From Vermamoeba vermiformis (Eukaryota), in assembly GCA_045837725.1 (NCBI GenBank), contig JBEWZL010000077.1, positions 1 through 64,000 on the forward strand: a DNA stretch of 64,000 nt, in the 5' to 3' direction. This document shows positions 48,944 to 62,386 of this stretch, piece after piece (the stretch's first letter is position 1; every line of letters starts with the position of its first letter). The translations under genes were made by a program, and so were the position numbers. The notes below the pieces were generated by a model. It made no database searches, had not been told where the DNA came from, and saw only the letters and a program-made list of their open reading frames with translations.

Positions 48944-51900
48944 TTACTTATAGTTCGTTGATCGCACAATGACAGATAAGCCAAGTTGTTTCAATTTGGC
49001 AATCGTGTCTGGCTCGAACTTTCCATAAATGGCAATGCTGGTCATGCCTTCCAGACCGGTCAAATTTTTCATCGCTTTTTCATCGAGGACCAATGGCAAA
49101 TCGAACATGGTCACCATTTGCAGATTTTTGCAGCCCTTGATGAGTGTCGCTAACGCCGCTGGCACGTCTGAAATTTCCAAGCAGTGCGAGATATCCAACG
49201 ACTTCAATCTCGTGCAATATCTCGCTAATACTCCGATGGATTTGTTATCCACAAACGTAGATTTCAAGTGCAGATCTTCGACGGAGCTCAGTGCGTAGAG
49301 ATTTGCATCGGAGATAAGTGTGGCACTAATGTCCAAATAAGTCAATGCCTTGAGCTTGGAGAGGTACTTCAGGCCCGTGTTGCTGATTGATTTGCAGTAC
49401 GAGACACTGATCGATTGCAGCGTGGGCACTCGTTTGATGAGCTCTTTCAAACCATTGTCTAAAAATGGAAGGTCAAGGAAAGAGACCCACGATTAATAAA
49501 TTTTCGCAAAGTCTTACCGGTGATGGTTGAAATTCCATCGAGATAAATTTCACGCAACTTTTTGCAATTGTTCGCGATGATCAGTAGCGTCTTGTCTAAA
49601 TAAGGAAATTGTTAGAACGACTATGAGTGCCCACATATTTGACGTACCTGTAATTGTCGAGGCGTAAGACAGTTTGAGTGTCGATAGATTGGCACATTTG
49701 ACGGCCAGCTCGCTGATCACGTGATCATCCAAAGTGTCAAAACGTGTCAAATTGAGTGACACGATGGCACCACCGTTCTCAGCCACAAAGTACAAGTTGG
49801 CATTTTGAATGGCTTTGTGCTCGGACAGTCTCCGCGTGAATTCTTCTTCTTCCTTTTTTAGCAATGCTTTCGGACTGCTCCGCGTGGCAATCTCCGAATA
49901 TGCTCGCTCGCGTGTCGGTGAACTTTGCAACTGTTCTTCCGCTGGTCGACCATACGCATCGGCCTCGGAGTATTTCCGCACTGCAGGACTCGATGGAGTT
50001 TCTCCGCTGGTTCTATTTTTGTCTTTTTTCTTGTCTTTTTCTTTCTCTTTGTCTTTGGCTTTTTTGCGCATTGTCACGCCACGTGGGCTAGAAAATACGG
50101 GCTCGTTGGACGGCGGAGTATTGTCCGAACTTTTGGACATTGGAATGGCGTCAAAGTACGAGTGGCTATTTTTAGCTTCAATGCTGGAGACCAGTGACAC
50201 GTCATCGCTCGGCGGAGAAATAGATTGGCCCGACACGGACATTTTTCTTCGGACTTCTTCCGCGGACAATTCTTCGCCCAAACTGCGCCTTAAAATCGAT
50301 TTTGACGCGCCGAGACCACTATCGGAGGACCTTCCGAGATCTTCACTACTCGTCTTCTTTTGGAACAATCGACGTTTTGAACTCTTCCTCTTGGCCCGTT
50401 TAACTTGCGCTAATAATTCCGCAAAGTCAAAATTGGTGAAGTTCATGCTGGCCGGAGAAATTTGTTGCTTAATTCCGTCGTAAATGATCAAATCGAAGCA
50501 CGTCTGAAGGAAACTGACTGGCACTTGTTTTTGTGACTTGTTCAGCCGTGTGACGAGCTCTTTGATCTTGTCGATGCGATTGGTCTGTTTGTAGATCATC
50601 ACGGACTTGAGCAGAATTGTCGCATCGACCTCCGGTGACAGCAATGCTAAAAATAGAAATCGTCAGAAATCTCGTTCATGAAACAAAAAAGACTACATGC
50701 AATTGAAACATTCATAAAATTAGTAAAGAGGATCATAGGAGGTTGGAGATTTCCTTCCTTTTTAGGCAATGGGATTATTACCTTGTTCTTCGCAAGCCTT
50801 TGCAAACATTAAACGCAAATCTTCGCTACTGGGATTGACTCTGATGGACTTTTCAAACAGCTGAATGCTCTGCTGGAACATGCGCACGCGTTCATTGCGC
50901 TGTTGTTTGGAAATGTTGAGACCACTCAAGTGCAGCGCTTGAGCCTCGGCCAGTGTTACAATTGTCATGCGCTTCGTGCGAGATTGCAATCTCAGAGATA
51001 TCTGGCAGCACGAACACGAATTCCACGGGCTTTTCTTTCAATTCTTTTAACGACGTTTCTGACAGTTTGACACCTGCCAAATGCTAGAAACAAACCGGTT
51101 AGTATCCGCGTCAAAATGTCAAAGAGAAGATCCGCAAAAAAGTGTCAAAGTGTCAAACTGAAGCCTACCTCAACGCGCTGGAATAATCGCCAAAAGCCGA
51201 TGAAGGAGATGAACACTTTCAGTGAAATAGTTTTCATGCTGAGAATGTTGTAGAGGTTCATGTTTGACACTTGTTTCGAGTCATAGCAGCACGTGACAAT
51301 CTTGTTCGATTTGCACTCGCAGCAGAACTCGCGCAGCTTGGGCAGTTGTGACACTTGGTGCCCTTTGTCGATGTGACAGTTCTTGATGCACACTTGACAA
51401 ATTCCCTAATTTGGTAAAGTCGGTACATTAGTACCAGCAAAGTGCACATAAACGTACATAAGTTTCCCAATTTGGTAATTTGACAAGAGAGTGAATGAGC
51501 ACTTCAGCGAGCATTCTAAATAAGGAAATTACTTTCACGTACCTGAGGGTTAGTTATTCCGCAGGTGTTGCACTCATAAGCGAGCATGACGAGCAATTCG
51601 TTCTCAATTTTGCTCGTGGGACACACGTTGCTGAACAATGAAAATCCAACGAGTGAGGACGTGTCTTTTTTCTCGCGCGACAGTTCGTCGTTGGTCGGAA
51701 AATCAATAAACTGACGTTCTAATCTTTGCTGCAATTTCTCCCAGAACTGCGCGGACTGATCTTTTTTGGCCTCGTTGTTGCCGAGAATAAGATTGAATTC
51801 GTCTAAGATCACTTCTTTGTATACTTGTAGTGCCATCACCCTTTGAAAATAATATATTAACTCGGGCCATAATAAACTTGATAAAATGATGAAATTTCGA

Positions 51901-54900
51901 GGTCCAGATCCACGCACAAAAAACGAAAAGTGTATTTTGTAGTCTAAAATTATTGGTTTCCTTATTTGGTCCCAAAGCTCTGACGTACTTTTTGGTTCGT
52001 TTAGCGTCTCTCAAGACTTCTCGCAAATGATTTTTGATGGCTCGCGCAGTCATTTCTAACAGCAAGAATTGTCGCAAATAACTCGATTTGATGTGCTTGC
52101 GAATCACTGCCAAGTACCTAATATGGAAAAAAATACATTAACATCGCTCTAATAAACATAAAATTTGAAGTTTTTGGTGCAGATTAATAATTTGCATGTG
52201 AAAGCAAGTGGTCTTGTAATATCTTTGGTGAATGAATGAAGTAGTGAGAGGTACCTGACATTAATTCCAGCGCGGTGAATGAGATCGATGAATTCATCAG
52301 GGTCAATCGTGTCCGTGAACAAATACTCCTCGAGACTCTTAGCGAACTCAGGGATAGTTCGTTCGAGCAAGAATTCAGTGGCCTCGGCGATGTCTGTCGC
52401 GTGATCGATACGCGCTGGTTCACACGTGTCAAACATCGAACACGAGTCTAAAATAGTAATGTTGGTTAGACTTGAAGAACTCGGATCGTGAAAAGAATTG
52501 CAAAGTTTGACAGTAAATCTAATTGGATTGATGTGCCACGTGATTGTAGTTTTCAGTGAATGAGACAACAACGTACCAGAACTCAATGGCTTGGCATAAC
52601 CCTTGACAAATTCAGGTCTAAACATATTGTAGAAGATACTGCGCGTGTAATTTTTTTCTTTTTCCTTATCAGGATATGTTGGTGGCATCAGTCGTGCGAA
52701 ATCTACCACGTAAAATCTTCCGTCTTTACCGATGTGCCCCTCTGCAGGAAAAAATTAAGTTAATACGAGAAAGATTTTTTTCAGTGAAAGATTGGTTCAG
52801 TGAAAATAGATTTTTCGTACCAATATCAGCAGGCAAAGCCAATAACTTTGCAGTCGCTTTGTTTACACCAGCAATGTGGGGTTGAAGATTCAACTTGTGG
52901 CCCAACTACGTCATGCAAAATTAATATCGATGGACATGCCTAAATATAGTAATGTCGCATCCTATTACCTGTTCCATCAATTTGTTTTTGTCGCTGTTGT
53001 CGCAGTGCACTGTTTTACCCGCGTCACATGACCCGTACGCAATTGTTTTTTTATCGATCGGCAGCAACGATACAGCGACCAATCTGAAGCCCAAATAGTC
53101 AATCTAAATATGGCAATGTTAATTACATCCTATTAATAGGCTTCGTGATGGTCGGTACTTACGATGGTTAATAGCGGCACGAATATTCCAGGGATTTGTG
53201 AATCGAACACTTGAGTCCAGCCAATCAACTCATGATTTGCAGACTAAAGATTAAATATTAATATTAAATCATAATAATACATATTTGACTAACTAAATGG
53301 AAGGAATAAATTTGTCGCAAATGCGGATCTTGCAATAAATTTATACCTTCATGGCGGCTTCATCACTACCATAAATATCCGCCCAATCAATGGCAAATTT
53401 GAATAAAATTCCGTTGTACAGAAATTTCTCTCCTCCTGCCTTGCCGCCAACATTTTTCAACGGTTTAATCGTGCGATATTTTTCTGGCAGAAACACTTCT
53501 GAAATAATAATCTTGCCGAACATCTTGGCTGTAAAAATACAATTAATATTTGCACATAGTATAATATTGCTTTGAAAGACTGGCATGGTAAGCGGATCCA
53601 GATCAAATAATAAGCTTTCAAAAAAAATTAATAATTTACGTAGCTTCATTATAATATAATAATATTTTTTAATTATATGAAAATAGTATATCCTTCGTTC
53701 AATATAATATCTATAACGCCTTTAAGGTAACTCTTTTTCAGGTTTTTTTTGTAAGGAAGTACGTACCAGTCTGTTCAAAGTTCTGCGCAATGGAGGCAAT
53801 TTGTTTGTACTTGGTCAATTGCTGCTCTAACGTCGCTTCAGGCAGTTCCATGCACTCTTGAAATTGTTTGTTCCAATTCTTCGGCTCACCAATCTCTTGC
53901 AAGTTGTAGTCGTGCAGTTGAACTTGTCGCATGAACTGTTGAAAATCTTTGACCAAATTGAGCACGTTGTCTTTTAATTTGTAATCGTGTGCGTCATTGG
54001 CCAAGTTCATCAGCGAGTCGGTGAATTGGTTGCCTTTTTTGGAAAAATATTCGTTAATTAAAAGAGGACGCTGACAGTCTTAAATAATATGTATTATTAT
54101 TTTCCTTATTTGGAACTCCGGTTTTGTAATAAAAGAAAATAATCTCGGCAAAATAAAGATACGAATTCGTATCTTTATTATATTTGTACGAAATATAAAG
54201 AAATTAGGCTTAATGTATATGAGGTAATAATTGCGTGTTTTAATTAGGGTAATTAATCTCGAGGGTAATTTCAATGGAGATTGTTCCCAAAGTTTTGGCG
54301 CGAAAATTTCAAAACGCGATCTGTATCCGATAAAGATTACGTACCTGCGGTGATAACTAGATTGGTGCATTCTTGATGCGTAGTAGCAGATATAGTCGCT
54401 TTTTTGCTAATTTGAGGACTCGCTGGTTTGCTGTCGGGTTGTGGCCCGAGCTAATCCGTACAAAATCCGATTAGAATTCCATTTCATAATTTTAATATTG
54501 TTAATATAATCCGAATAATTATGTTATTCAATGATTTCGAGCAGATCTGGCCCGCAAAATTAATTAATATTTGAAATTGATTGAATTACTTACCAATTCA
54601 TATAAACTCGTTCTTCTATTCTTTGACTTGCCTTTCTTCGACTGCAGCGCATGTAATACATTCAATTTGCCAGAAGAATTATGTCTTTCGGGCGTATTAA
54701 ATTGAAGAGCGGCAAAATGGGTCGGAGATGTAGGCAACGAATCTGTTGTTATTGAAGGTGGCGGCGGAAGAATCATTGGAGACGATTCTACGGTGGGAAT
54801 TACATTAGGACTATTTAATATGCTATTTTCCTGCGGCGAGAAATAAGCCCAAGAAAAGGATCTGATCTCCATTGAACTTTCGTCATCTGATTCTTCGCTG

Positions 54901-54987
54901 GCTAGATTCATCATCGTCTTTATCTACATTAACATCACTGAAAGATGATATATAAGTAGGTCTGGGCCTTATATGGTCGTTCTCCAT
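48944..54987 (-). CDS. CLU-domain protein with inserted UBR-type zinc finger, TPR-like segment and C-terminal LRRs; start 54987 (with +1 indel) or 54914
   Basis: GGKAGGEKFLYNGILFKFAID, IEGHIGKDGRFYVVDFARLMPP, HRAGINVRYL, LLEMTARAIKN; Cys/His cluster at 51308-51580; LRRs LQSISVSYCKSISNTGL, LKSLDISHCLEISD. Confidence 0.8.
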
Positions 54988-55104
54988 CGTTTCGTTGCAA
55001 AAATGATTTTGGATCATTCCGCGGATCAATTTCAAACTTTTGAACGAAGATTACGACCACATCAGCATTAAGAATAGACTTGATATGATTCTTTAATAGC
55101 TAAG

Positions 55105-57845
55105 ATGAGCCAGTCTTCGTCTTCTGCAGCTTTTTACGTCGACAACAAGATTCGACGAGGCGCTTACGCCATTGTATTTATTTTCTTAATTTTTATTTTA
55201 AATGATTTGTATAAACTATCGTTAGGTAAGTTGCATATGCATCGAAAAAGTATCAGATTATTTTAATGGGCAAAGAAATTTTTTGGGTGCATTTTCCGTG
55301 CTAGATGTGCCACTTTCCTCTGACAAGGCTTCGCTTAATTTACAAATATTTTTAATGCTGCTACTGATTATTAATTAATGAATATTAGAATATGGTGATG
55401 GTTGGAGAGGTGTCACGAACGGATGGCTCGGAAATAGATTGATGGTAATTAAATCTTCAATAATTTCGATCTTATTTTAAATAAACTAGCTAATTCGTGG
55501 CACATTTATAGGATCAATCGGACATACAATACAGGTAAAAAAAGATTTTGATCAAAAAATCAATAATAATCATTCTGTCACCTTCTATTCAAGTCGCTCA
55601 TATCGCCATTAATACTAATTATTTTAATAACAGAAATTGGCGCACAAATTTTCCGCTGCTGGTTGGCGCGCTAGTGGTATACGTCGCCTTGAGCAATTTC
55701 GTGCGCAAATATACGCATTATAAGAACTTGATAAAGGTAACGCGAAAATAATATCGGTATTTAGTTATAATATGCCTGTAATTTTAAATTAATTACGGCT
55801 TGATCTGGCTTAGATCTCGGTATAAGTTTATTTCAAATTCTTGCTTCAATCTTAAGGCTATAGTCTACAATAGACATAATTATAGTATAAATGTATCTGC
55901 ACTAACATTTTCTTACAAATTAGTTCCATTTCATCGCTGGATTAATCATCCAGTTCGTGCTTCACGGAACGACGCTGATCTGGCCACTCATGTTCATCCT
56001 CATTAGTTATTCCGTCACCAAGGCCACTGAACTCATCATCGAACGCTTACAAATAGAAAGAGTATTTCCGTTCGTGAAAACTAGCTCAGTGCCATTCATT
56101 CTAGCGTGGGTGCTAAATTTAGCTTTTTTGCTTTTCGTGCAATACTACGGAAAGTTTCCGAAGTTTTTTGTGCTTTATCCGTGCAATTTAACTGCAATTT
56201 TGGACGGGTACAGCGGAATAATGGAGTGGGAGACGTACTTCAAAATGACTTTTCTCCGATTGGTCAGTTTTGCCTTCGACTATTTTTGGGCCAATACTAT
56301 AAAGGTAATATATTATGCGCAGATATGGCATTTTAAGCCATTTAATAGAACACAAATCATCGTTCAATTTGAGATCTGGATCGAGCTCACGATTTTTCCT
56401 TTTTAGGATTCATCAGCGGAAGATTTCGGTGAATTTGCAGTTCTTCAAGAGAGTGATCATCCACTGGACAATTACAATGTGATTAATTTTCTCGCGTATG
56501 TGTTTTACTTCCCGCTGTACATTGCTGGTCCGATCACCACTTTCAACGCATTTTTGGCCAATGTAAGTTTATCCTCATAACTATAACTCTTATATATTTA
56601 TTATAACCGACACCTATATTAAAATCATATCTTACGATCTTTTGATTATACATTACCAGCCGAGACATTTGCTGACAAAGTAGCAGATCCGCAACCATTT
56701 TTCAGCAAATTTACCGTAATTTCGCTCGATAGCAAATATCTTAGAATTCTATTTTTAGATCAAAAAGAGACAGTCCATGGTGTCTAACAATGACAGCCTT
56801 CGACTACTGTTCCAATCATTTATCTACATGCTCGCACTTGAAATTGTCTTGCACTTTAACTATGGCTATGCATTTAACGAACACAAATTATGGAACAGGT
56901 AAATTACATTAAATAGCTTGTAAATACTGAGGCTCAGATGCATCCAGTTTCGAGGATCTGACTGAGTTAAGTTAATCATCTTTGAGTGTCTATGTTAATA
57001 TTTCTATTATAATAGAGAAGCACATGAGGCCATTCAACCATATCAAGCAGCTATAATGGGCTATTGGACATTGAATTTCATGTACATGAAGTTCTTGATC
57101 ATTTGGCGATTCTTCCGCTGTGCCGCGCTGTTGGACGGAATATTTGTGCCCGAGAATATGATTAAATGCATTAATAGAGGTGTTACATTCAGCTTCTTTT
57201 GGCGGTACGTTTTATTACCATAAAAGGAAATTCATTGTAATGACTAATTCCGCAACCAGATCTTGGCATAGAAGCCTTTATTTATGGATTATAAGACATT
57301 TATATCTTCCACTTGGTGGTAAAAAGCGACCTTTGGTGGCATTAGTCGTGTTCACCTTCATAGCTGTATGGCACGATCTCAACTGGAACTGGGTACGCAG
57401 ATCTGCATTAAACTTTATTCAACTCGATACTAAATGTAATATAGGGCATGTGGGCTATATTAAATATCATCGGAACCGTCATAGAAAAGACTTTCATTAA
57501 CGTCGGAGGAAAATTGAAATTCGTACGTTACATCCAACTTCTTTCATGATTTGCTTAACGCTATTCAATTAGATTCAAGATCTGAAGCCAACCCTTCAAT
57601 ATAAGATCGGCGTTACTATCCTCGCCACGATTAATCTATTTTGGCTTATCCTCGCTAATCTTGCCATCCAAGACGGACTGAGAATTTTTGAATTTACGAG
57701 AAATGCGTTTACGGGCGATGGAGGTCAGCGAATTTTGCTTAGTATTTTCGTTAATGACTAATATTTTGTAACAGGTTGGTTATCAGTCATTGGCTCAATC
57801 ATATTTTTGACTCCAATTGCGTTTGTTTCCATAACAAGCGATTGA
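55105..57845 (+). CDS. GUP1: MBOAT acyltransferase, GUP1/HHAT-like, multi-exon
   Basis: [53 protein letters not shown]…[37 protein letters not shown]. Confidence 0.9.
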
Positions 57846-58264
57846 CGCACCGATCATACTGAAATTTCATAACGCGACAGAACAAAAACCTGGCATTCAA
57901 TAGGTCACATTATGCCATGGTAGTTAAATGAAAGGGCTGAAGTTACCTTTGAATGGTTCGACTTTGACTCGCCACGAACCACGAACCGAGCAAGTCCCTT
58001 GAAGAAACAATTAAATTGTAACTTGTTGCAATTGGAACTAAAGTTACTGTTGGCCATCAAGATTCATCGCTTGGAAAAAGGGGCTGAAGATCCGGGAAGG
58101 GATCTGCCGGAGAAATGGAGTTGGATAATTGCGAAAGAATTCCAAAAATCATTTATATTTAAAATAACTGCGTGGACACCAAGATTACGCAAACAGAAGC
58201 GACTAAGTTGGTTAGTTGACGAAGGTGTCTTTGTGTTTCAATTCGCAACTGTTACCATTTTTGA

Positions 58265-61200
58265 TTAATTATTATTGTTAGTATTATTGTTATTGTTATC
58301 CAAGTTGAGGGCACTGCCAGCACGACTTAGGAGTTGTTGACTGGAAGCAAGACTCGATGAACGAGCGAGCAACGGTCGATTGGCATTGTTGTTGTTCGCT
58401 GCTTTGATGGCACATCAGTAATTGAAAACAAAGACACGAAAAGTCGATTTGACTCACTTCTTCCTGATGACTTGTTGCGTGTGTACAGCTCTTCTTCGAC
58501 ACTGTCACGCACAACAAAGCGAACAAGATGCACTTTCTGATCTTGTCCTTGTCGATGTGCACGACCCAGTGCTTGCATCTCGTACGCTCGTGCTTCTTCA
58601 ATGCTGCCTTGCATAGGGTCAACGAGCACAACGTAGTTGGCTTCGATCAAATTCGTTCCTGCTGCTGAGTTTCCCAACGACATCAACAGCACTTTGACGT
58701 TGTCTTGTTTGAACTGTGCGAGCTTCTTCGTCTTCTGAATGACATTGCTGATTGATCGTTCATTAGGACACATGAAAGCGAAACAATATGACATTACGTA
58801 CCCTTCCAAGTGCACAGCAGTGATTCCAGCCTTGTGCAGTACTCGATGGATCTTTGTCAAATAATCCGAGAACTACGATTCAGAGCTTAATTAATTGATG
58901 CAAAGTTATCAAGTAGTACGGTGCCTTTTACCTTTGAGAACAAGATAAATCTGTTGTTCTCGTCTTCTTCAAAGCTGTCATTGAGCCAGTTGATCAATCG
59001 TGCCATTTTGCTGCCGTAGTTGTTGACCAAAGAGAGCTCTTGAACCACTGTCGGTTCAGTGATGTTTTTGCCGTCCAACACCTTTTCAACGTTTGTCCAT
59101 TTGGTGATCCTGGCATTGAGCACTCGGATAGTAGCCTCGTTCGTGTTGATGTTTTCCTTGACCCACCAATTTTTCTCCATATTGTTAATGCGAAGTTGCC
59201 AGTTAGCGTTTTGTTTTACCAAATTCTCTCGCTGTACTTTTGCATCCTCGATATTTTTGGAGGCGACACCATCAAGACTCAAGTTGTACGGAATTACTCC
59301 GGAGCACAATTCCAGGTTCGAGTCCGGCGTTCCCTCTTTTAAAGTAAAAACTTGTTAGCCCAACATTGCCGTTAACTTATTGTTCTGCGCATTCAAATTC
59401 ATTCAATGATTTTTCGGCGACTTGTTGCGCCTCTCCCGACCTCCCTAGGCACGCATCTATATCAGCCCCATATGGAAGAATGCCATTGGGGAGCTCCAGG
59501 TATGTTATTAGGAAAGTCCCCGTGATATGGGGCGCGGAGAGGGAATTTCGGTTGTTAGTGCGAAAAAATTGCGTTGTATGAATTTGAATGCGCAGAACAA
59601 TAACGAAGAATCTTACCCGAATGCAACAATCGTTCAATAGGATGGAAGTCGACATAAACCAAGTCTTCTTCGTAGTCAGGTACTTTGTATTCTTCACCAA
59701 CACTCTCTTTGATGTTTCTCCATATCAAGTTGTTGTAGATAAGGTCATTTTCGACCCACCTGTAAAAGCAAAGTGAATATCAAGTCAATCATTGTATTCA
59801 ATGTTGCAGCACTCACGCTTCGTATTTTTCACCGAGTGAGTCTTCGTGTTCAGTTGAATCGTCCCAAATCTCCAAGAACCGCTTTGCTGCGTCGAATAAA
59901 TCCCTAGTGATCGCGTTAGAAGATACATATAGGGCAGACTATTGGTATTGACTTACAGCGAAGGGAAAGGTGTTGCACTCACGTACCAAGCGTATGACTT
60001 TGGGATATAAGTAATGCAATCTACCCGAAAGAACGAAGTTAATTACAATGAAGCGCTCATAAGTGACACTTACCTGTCAAAAACGGATCATTGAACACTT
60101 CGTGGGCTTCATCAACAATAACACGCATCCAATTAAAGTTATCGAGGACAGGACCAATCGTTTGGAATTTCATCTCACTGTTTTTGACCTCTTCCAAGTA
60201 TTCTTTGACGAGTCGTGAGCGTTTTGGCAGCATCGGTCGGTTCACTGCAACTTTCTTTTTGCCGCAGCCAAGCGTGAAGTAGTTTTTGTTCTTGAACATT
60301 GCTGACGTCACAATAACGAAGGCTAAACTGGAAGGGTCAGTCCTGATTGGTTAAAAATACTCAATCTCGCTTACCAGCTTCGATGAAGTCTTGATAAGTG
60401 GTGTTGTTGAAGTCATCGATCGTGGCGTAAATAATGACTTTAAGGTCCGTGTACTTGATGATCTCATCTGCCCATTGTTTGGCGAGGTGATTCGGGCACA
60501 CAACTGCAGAACAGTTAGACATGTACGATGCGATAACCTGCTACGAACCTAGTGTTGCTCTTGTGTTGATTAATCCGCTCTCATTGTATTCTGGCAGCTT
60601 CTCCCGAGCATTTCCAAGTGTCAACAACGACAAACCAATCACTGTCAAGCACAGTTATTACCATAAAAGGAAATGTTGTGCTATATGAGAATGACAGAGT
60701 TAATAATACAATGACTTACGTTCAAGAGTCTTGCCAAGACCGACTGCATCTGCAAGCACTCCTCCTTTGGCTTTGATCCCGCCGTAAAAATCTTCCATCT
60801 TACTCGCTGGAACGAGTTTCATCGAGTGCAGATCCAACATGACACTTTTCTCCGAGTGCTTCCACGGAACCAAGTCACAGTACTTCAGCTCTACCAGCAT
60901 TATATTGGTTAACTAAACTACACAATCATTTCTTGCAGTATTTGTTTACCTTTATCCGAGTCTTTTTCGATGGCATTCATCCAATTTATCGCGTCAAGTT
61001 GATAGCGATGAAATTTGAATCCGTCTTTCAACCCTTTCGGCTCTTCTACTTGCGCTGGAATCTAATATCGAAGGTGAGAGTGAATGTTTGAATATACAAC
61101 AGAGTTGGACTTACGAAGGGATGCATCGACTTTTTGATTTCTAAAAACTTTTTGTTCTCCTTTTCGAGGAAACCCAAAATCTGTGTTTCTTGGAATTTCA

Positions 61201-62133
61201 CGATGACTTCCTCCAGTTCGATTGGTTTGCCTTCCTGCACGGCACTCTCAATCCTGTAACTCAAGTCAGTATAAACCTCCGTCAACTTATTAATACTAAC
61301 GCTTTAGGGTTGATTTGAAATTCTATCTTGAATGACCGTGATGAACCATTGTGAGGCACAGGTCGAACTTCGAATCTGCATTGGTCAGAATTCAATTCGC
61401 TTTCGAATACGGATCGTCCTGCAACGCGATACACGTCTTCCAATATTGGGCAGTTCAAAGGCCTCTTAAGATTATTAGATCCCCTATCGTAGAATTTTCC
61501 GCTGTTGTGCATCATAAATTGCAGATCTACGAGAATTTCATTGTTTGGGCTGCAAAATATCATCTGGATCCAACCGTTGGATTAATAAACCGCGAACAAT
61601 GGATTATCAAAACACATACCGAGTATTGCGTAAATATGCCATAGTTATTTTTGCAAACATATGCGCCATCGATTAGTTTGATAACAAAAGTGAATCTGGA
61701 ATTTTCATCTGCTAGAAGCTGTAGGAACCCCTTGTCGTTATAACGTTCTTTTCAATAAAACATTATTATTGAATGCACTGCCGTAGAATATTTTACAGAT
61801 CCAGATTATTTTTTGTAAATTAAATAAAATTAACAATAGAATACTAACCGTATTCAATAACCTTCCAAGGTTCCTCTAAAAATTATTTTATTAATTTTTA
61901 AAGAATAACTAATGGAAAGAGAAAGTTAACGTACTTGATTTCGTGTCAAGAAACACAAAGCTTGACTGGAACGAATAAGGTAGCATGATATTCGCAAAAC
62001 TAACGGAAATCCAAGCATTTTGTGAGGCGTCAGTTTCAGGGGCACTCGCATCTGCGATCTTTTTTTTCTTTTTTGGTTGTTCGACAATTTCTTTGTCAAC
62101 GGACTCGAGGTTTCTTTTTTTAGCTCTGCTCAT
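58265..62133 (-). CDS. SNF2-family helicase/ATPase (Rad5/16-SHPRH-like), copy 1
   Basis: GGVLADAVGLGKT, VCPNHLAKQWADEI, WMRVIVDEAHE, WYVSATP, YGSKMARL, AGTNLIEANYVVLVDP, QALGRAHRQGQ. Confidence 0.92.
59377..59603. mobile_element. MITE-like fold-back element in SNF2 intron
   Basis: Perfect 26-bp inverted repeat TTATTGTTCTGCGCATTCAAATTCAT (59377-59402) / ATGAATTTGAATGCGCAGAACAATAA (59578-59603). Weaker inverted similarity continues inside. Compatible with a TA target duplication. Confidence 0.8.
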
Positions 62134-62386
62134 CTTTGCTTTCGTCTGGTTAGAGTATCTTTCCTTTTTTTTACAGGAAATTGTCCGCGGGCCTGTCAAC
62201 AACCGCGTCAGAAAAAAACACGAACAACGTGCTAATGAGGCCTCGAAATGTCAGAAAAATAGAAGAATGAACACGAAAGTTCTTTACACCGCAAAGTAAG
62301 TCGCCATTGTAAGTACAAATATTATTGCTATTATCCAGGAGGTGTTGTCGAGCCACCCATTGGAACGTGCCCCATCTTTACGCAGG

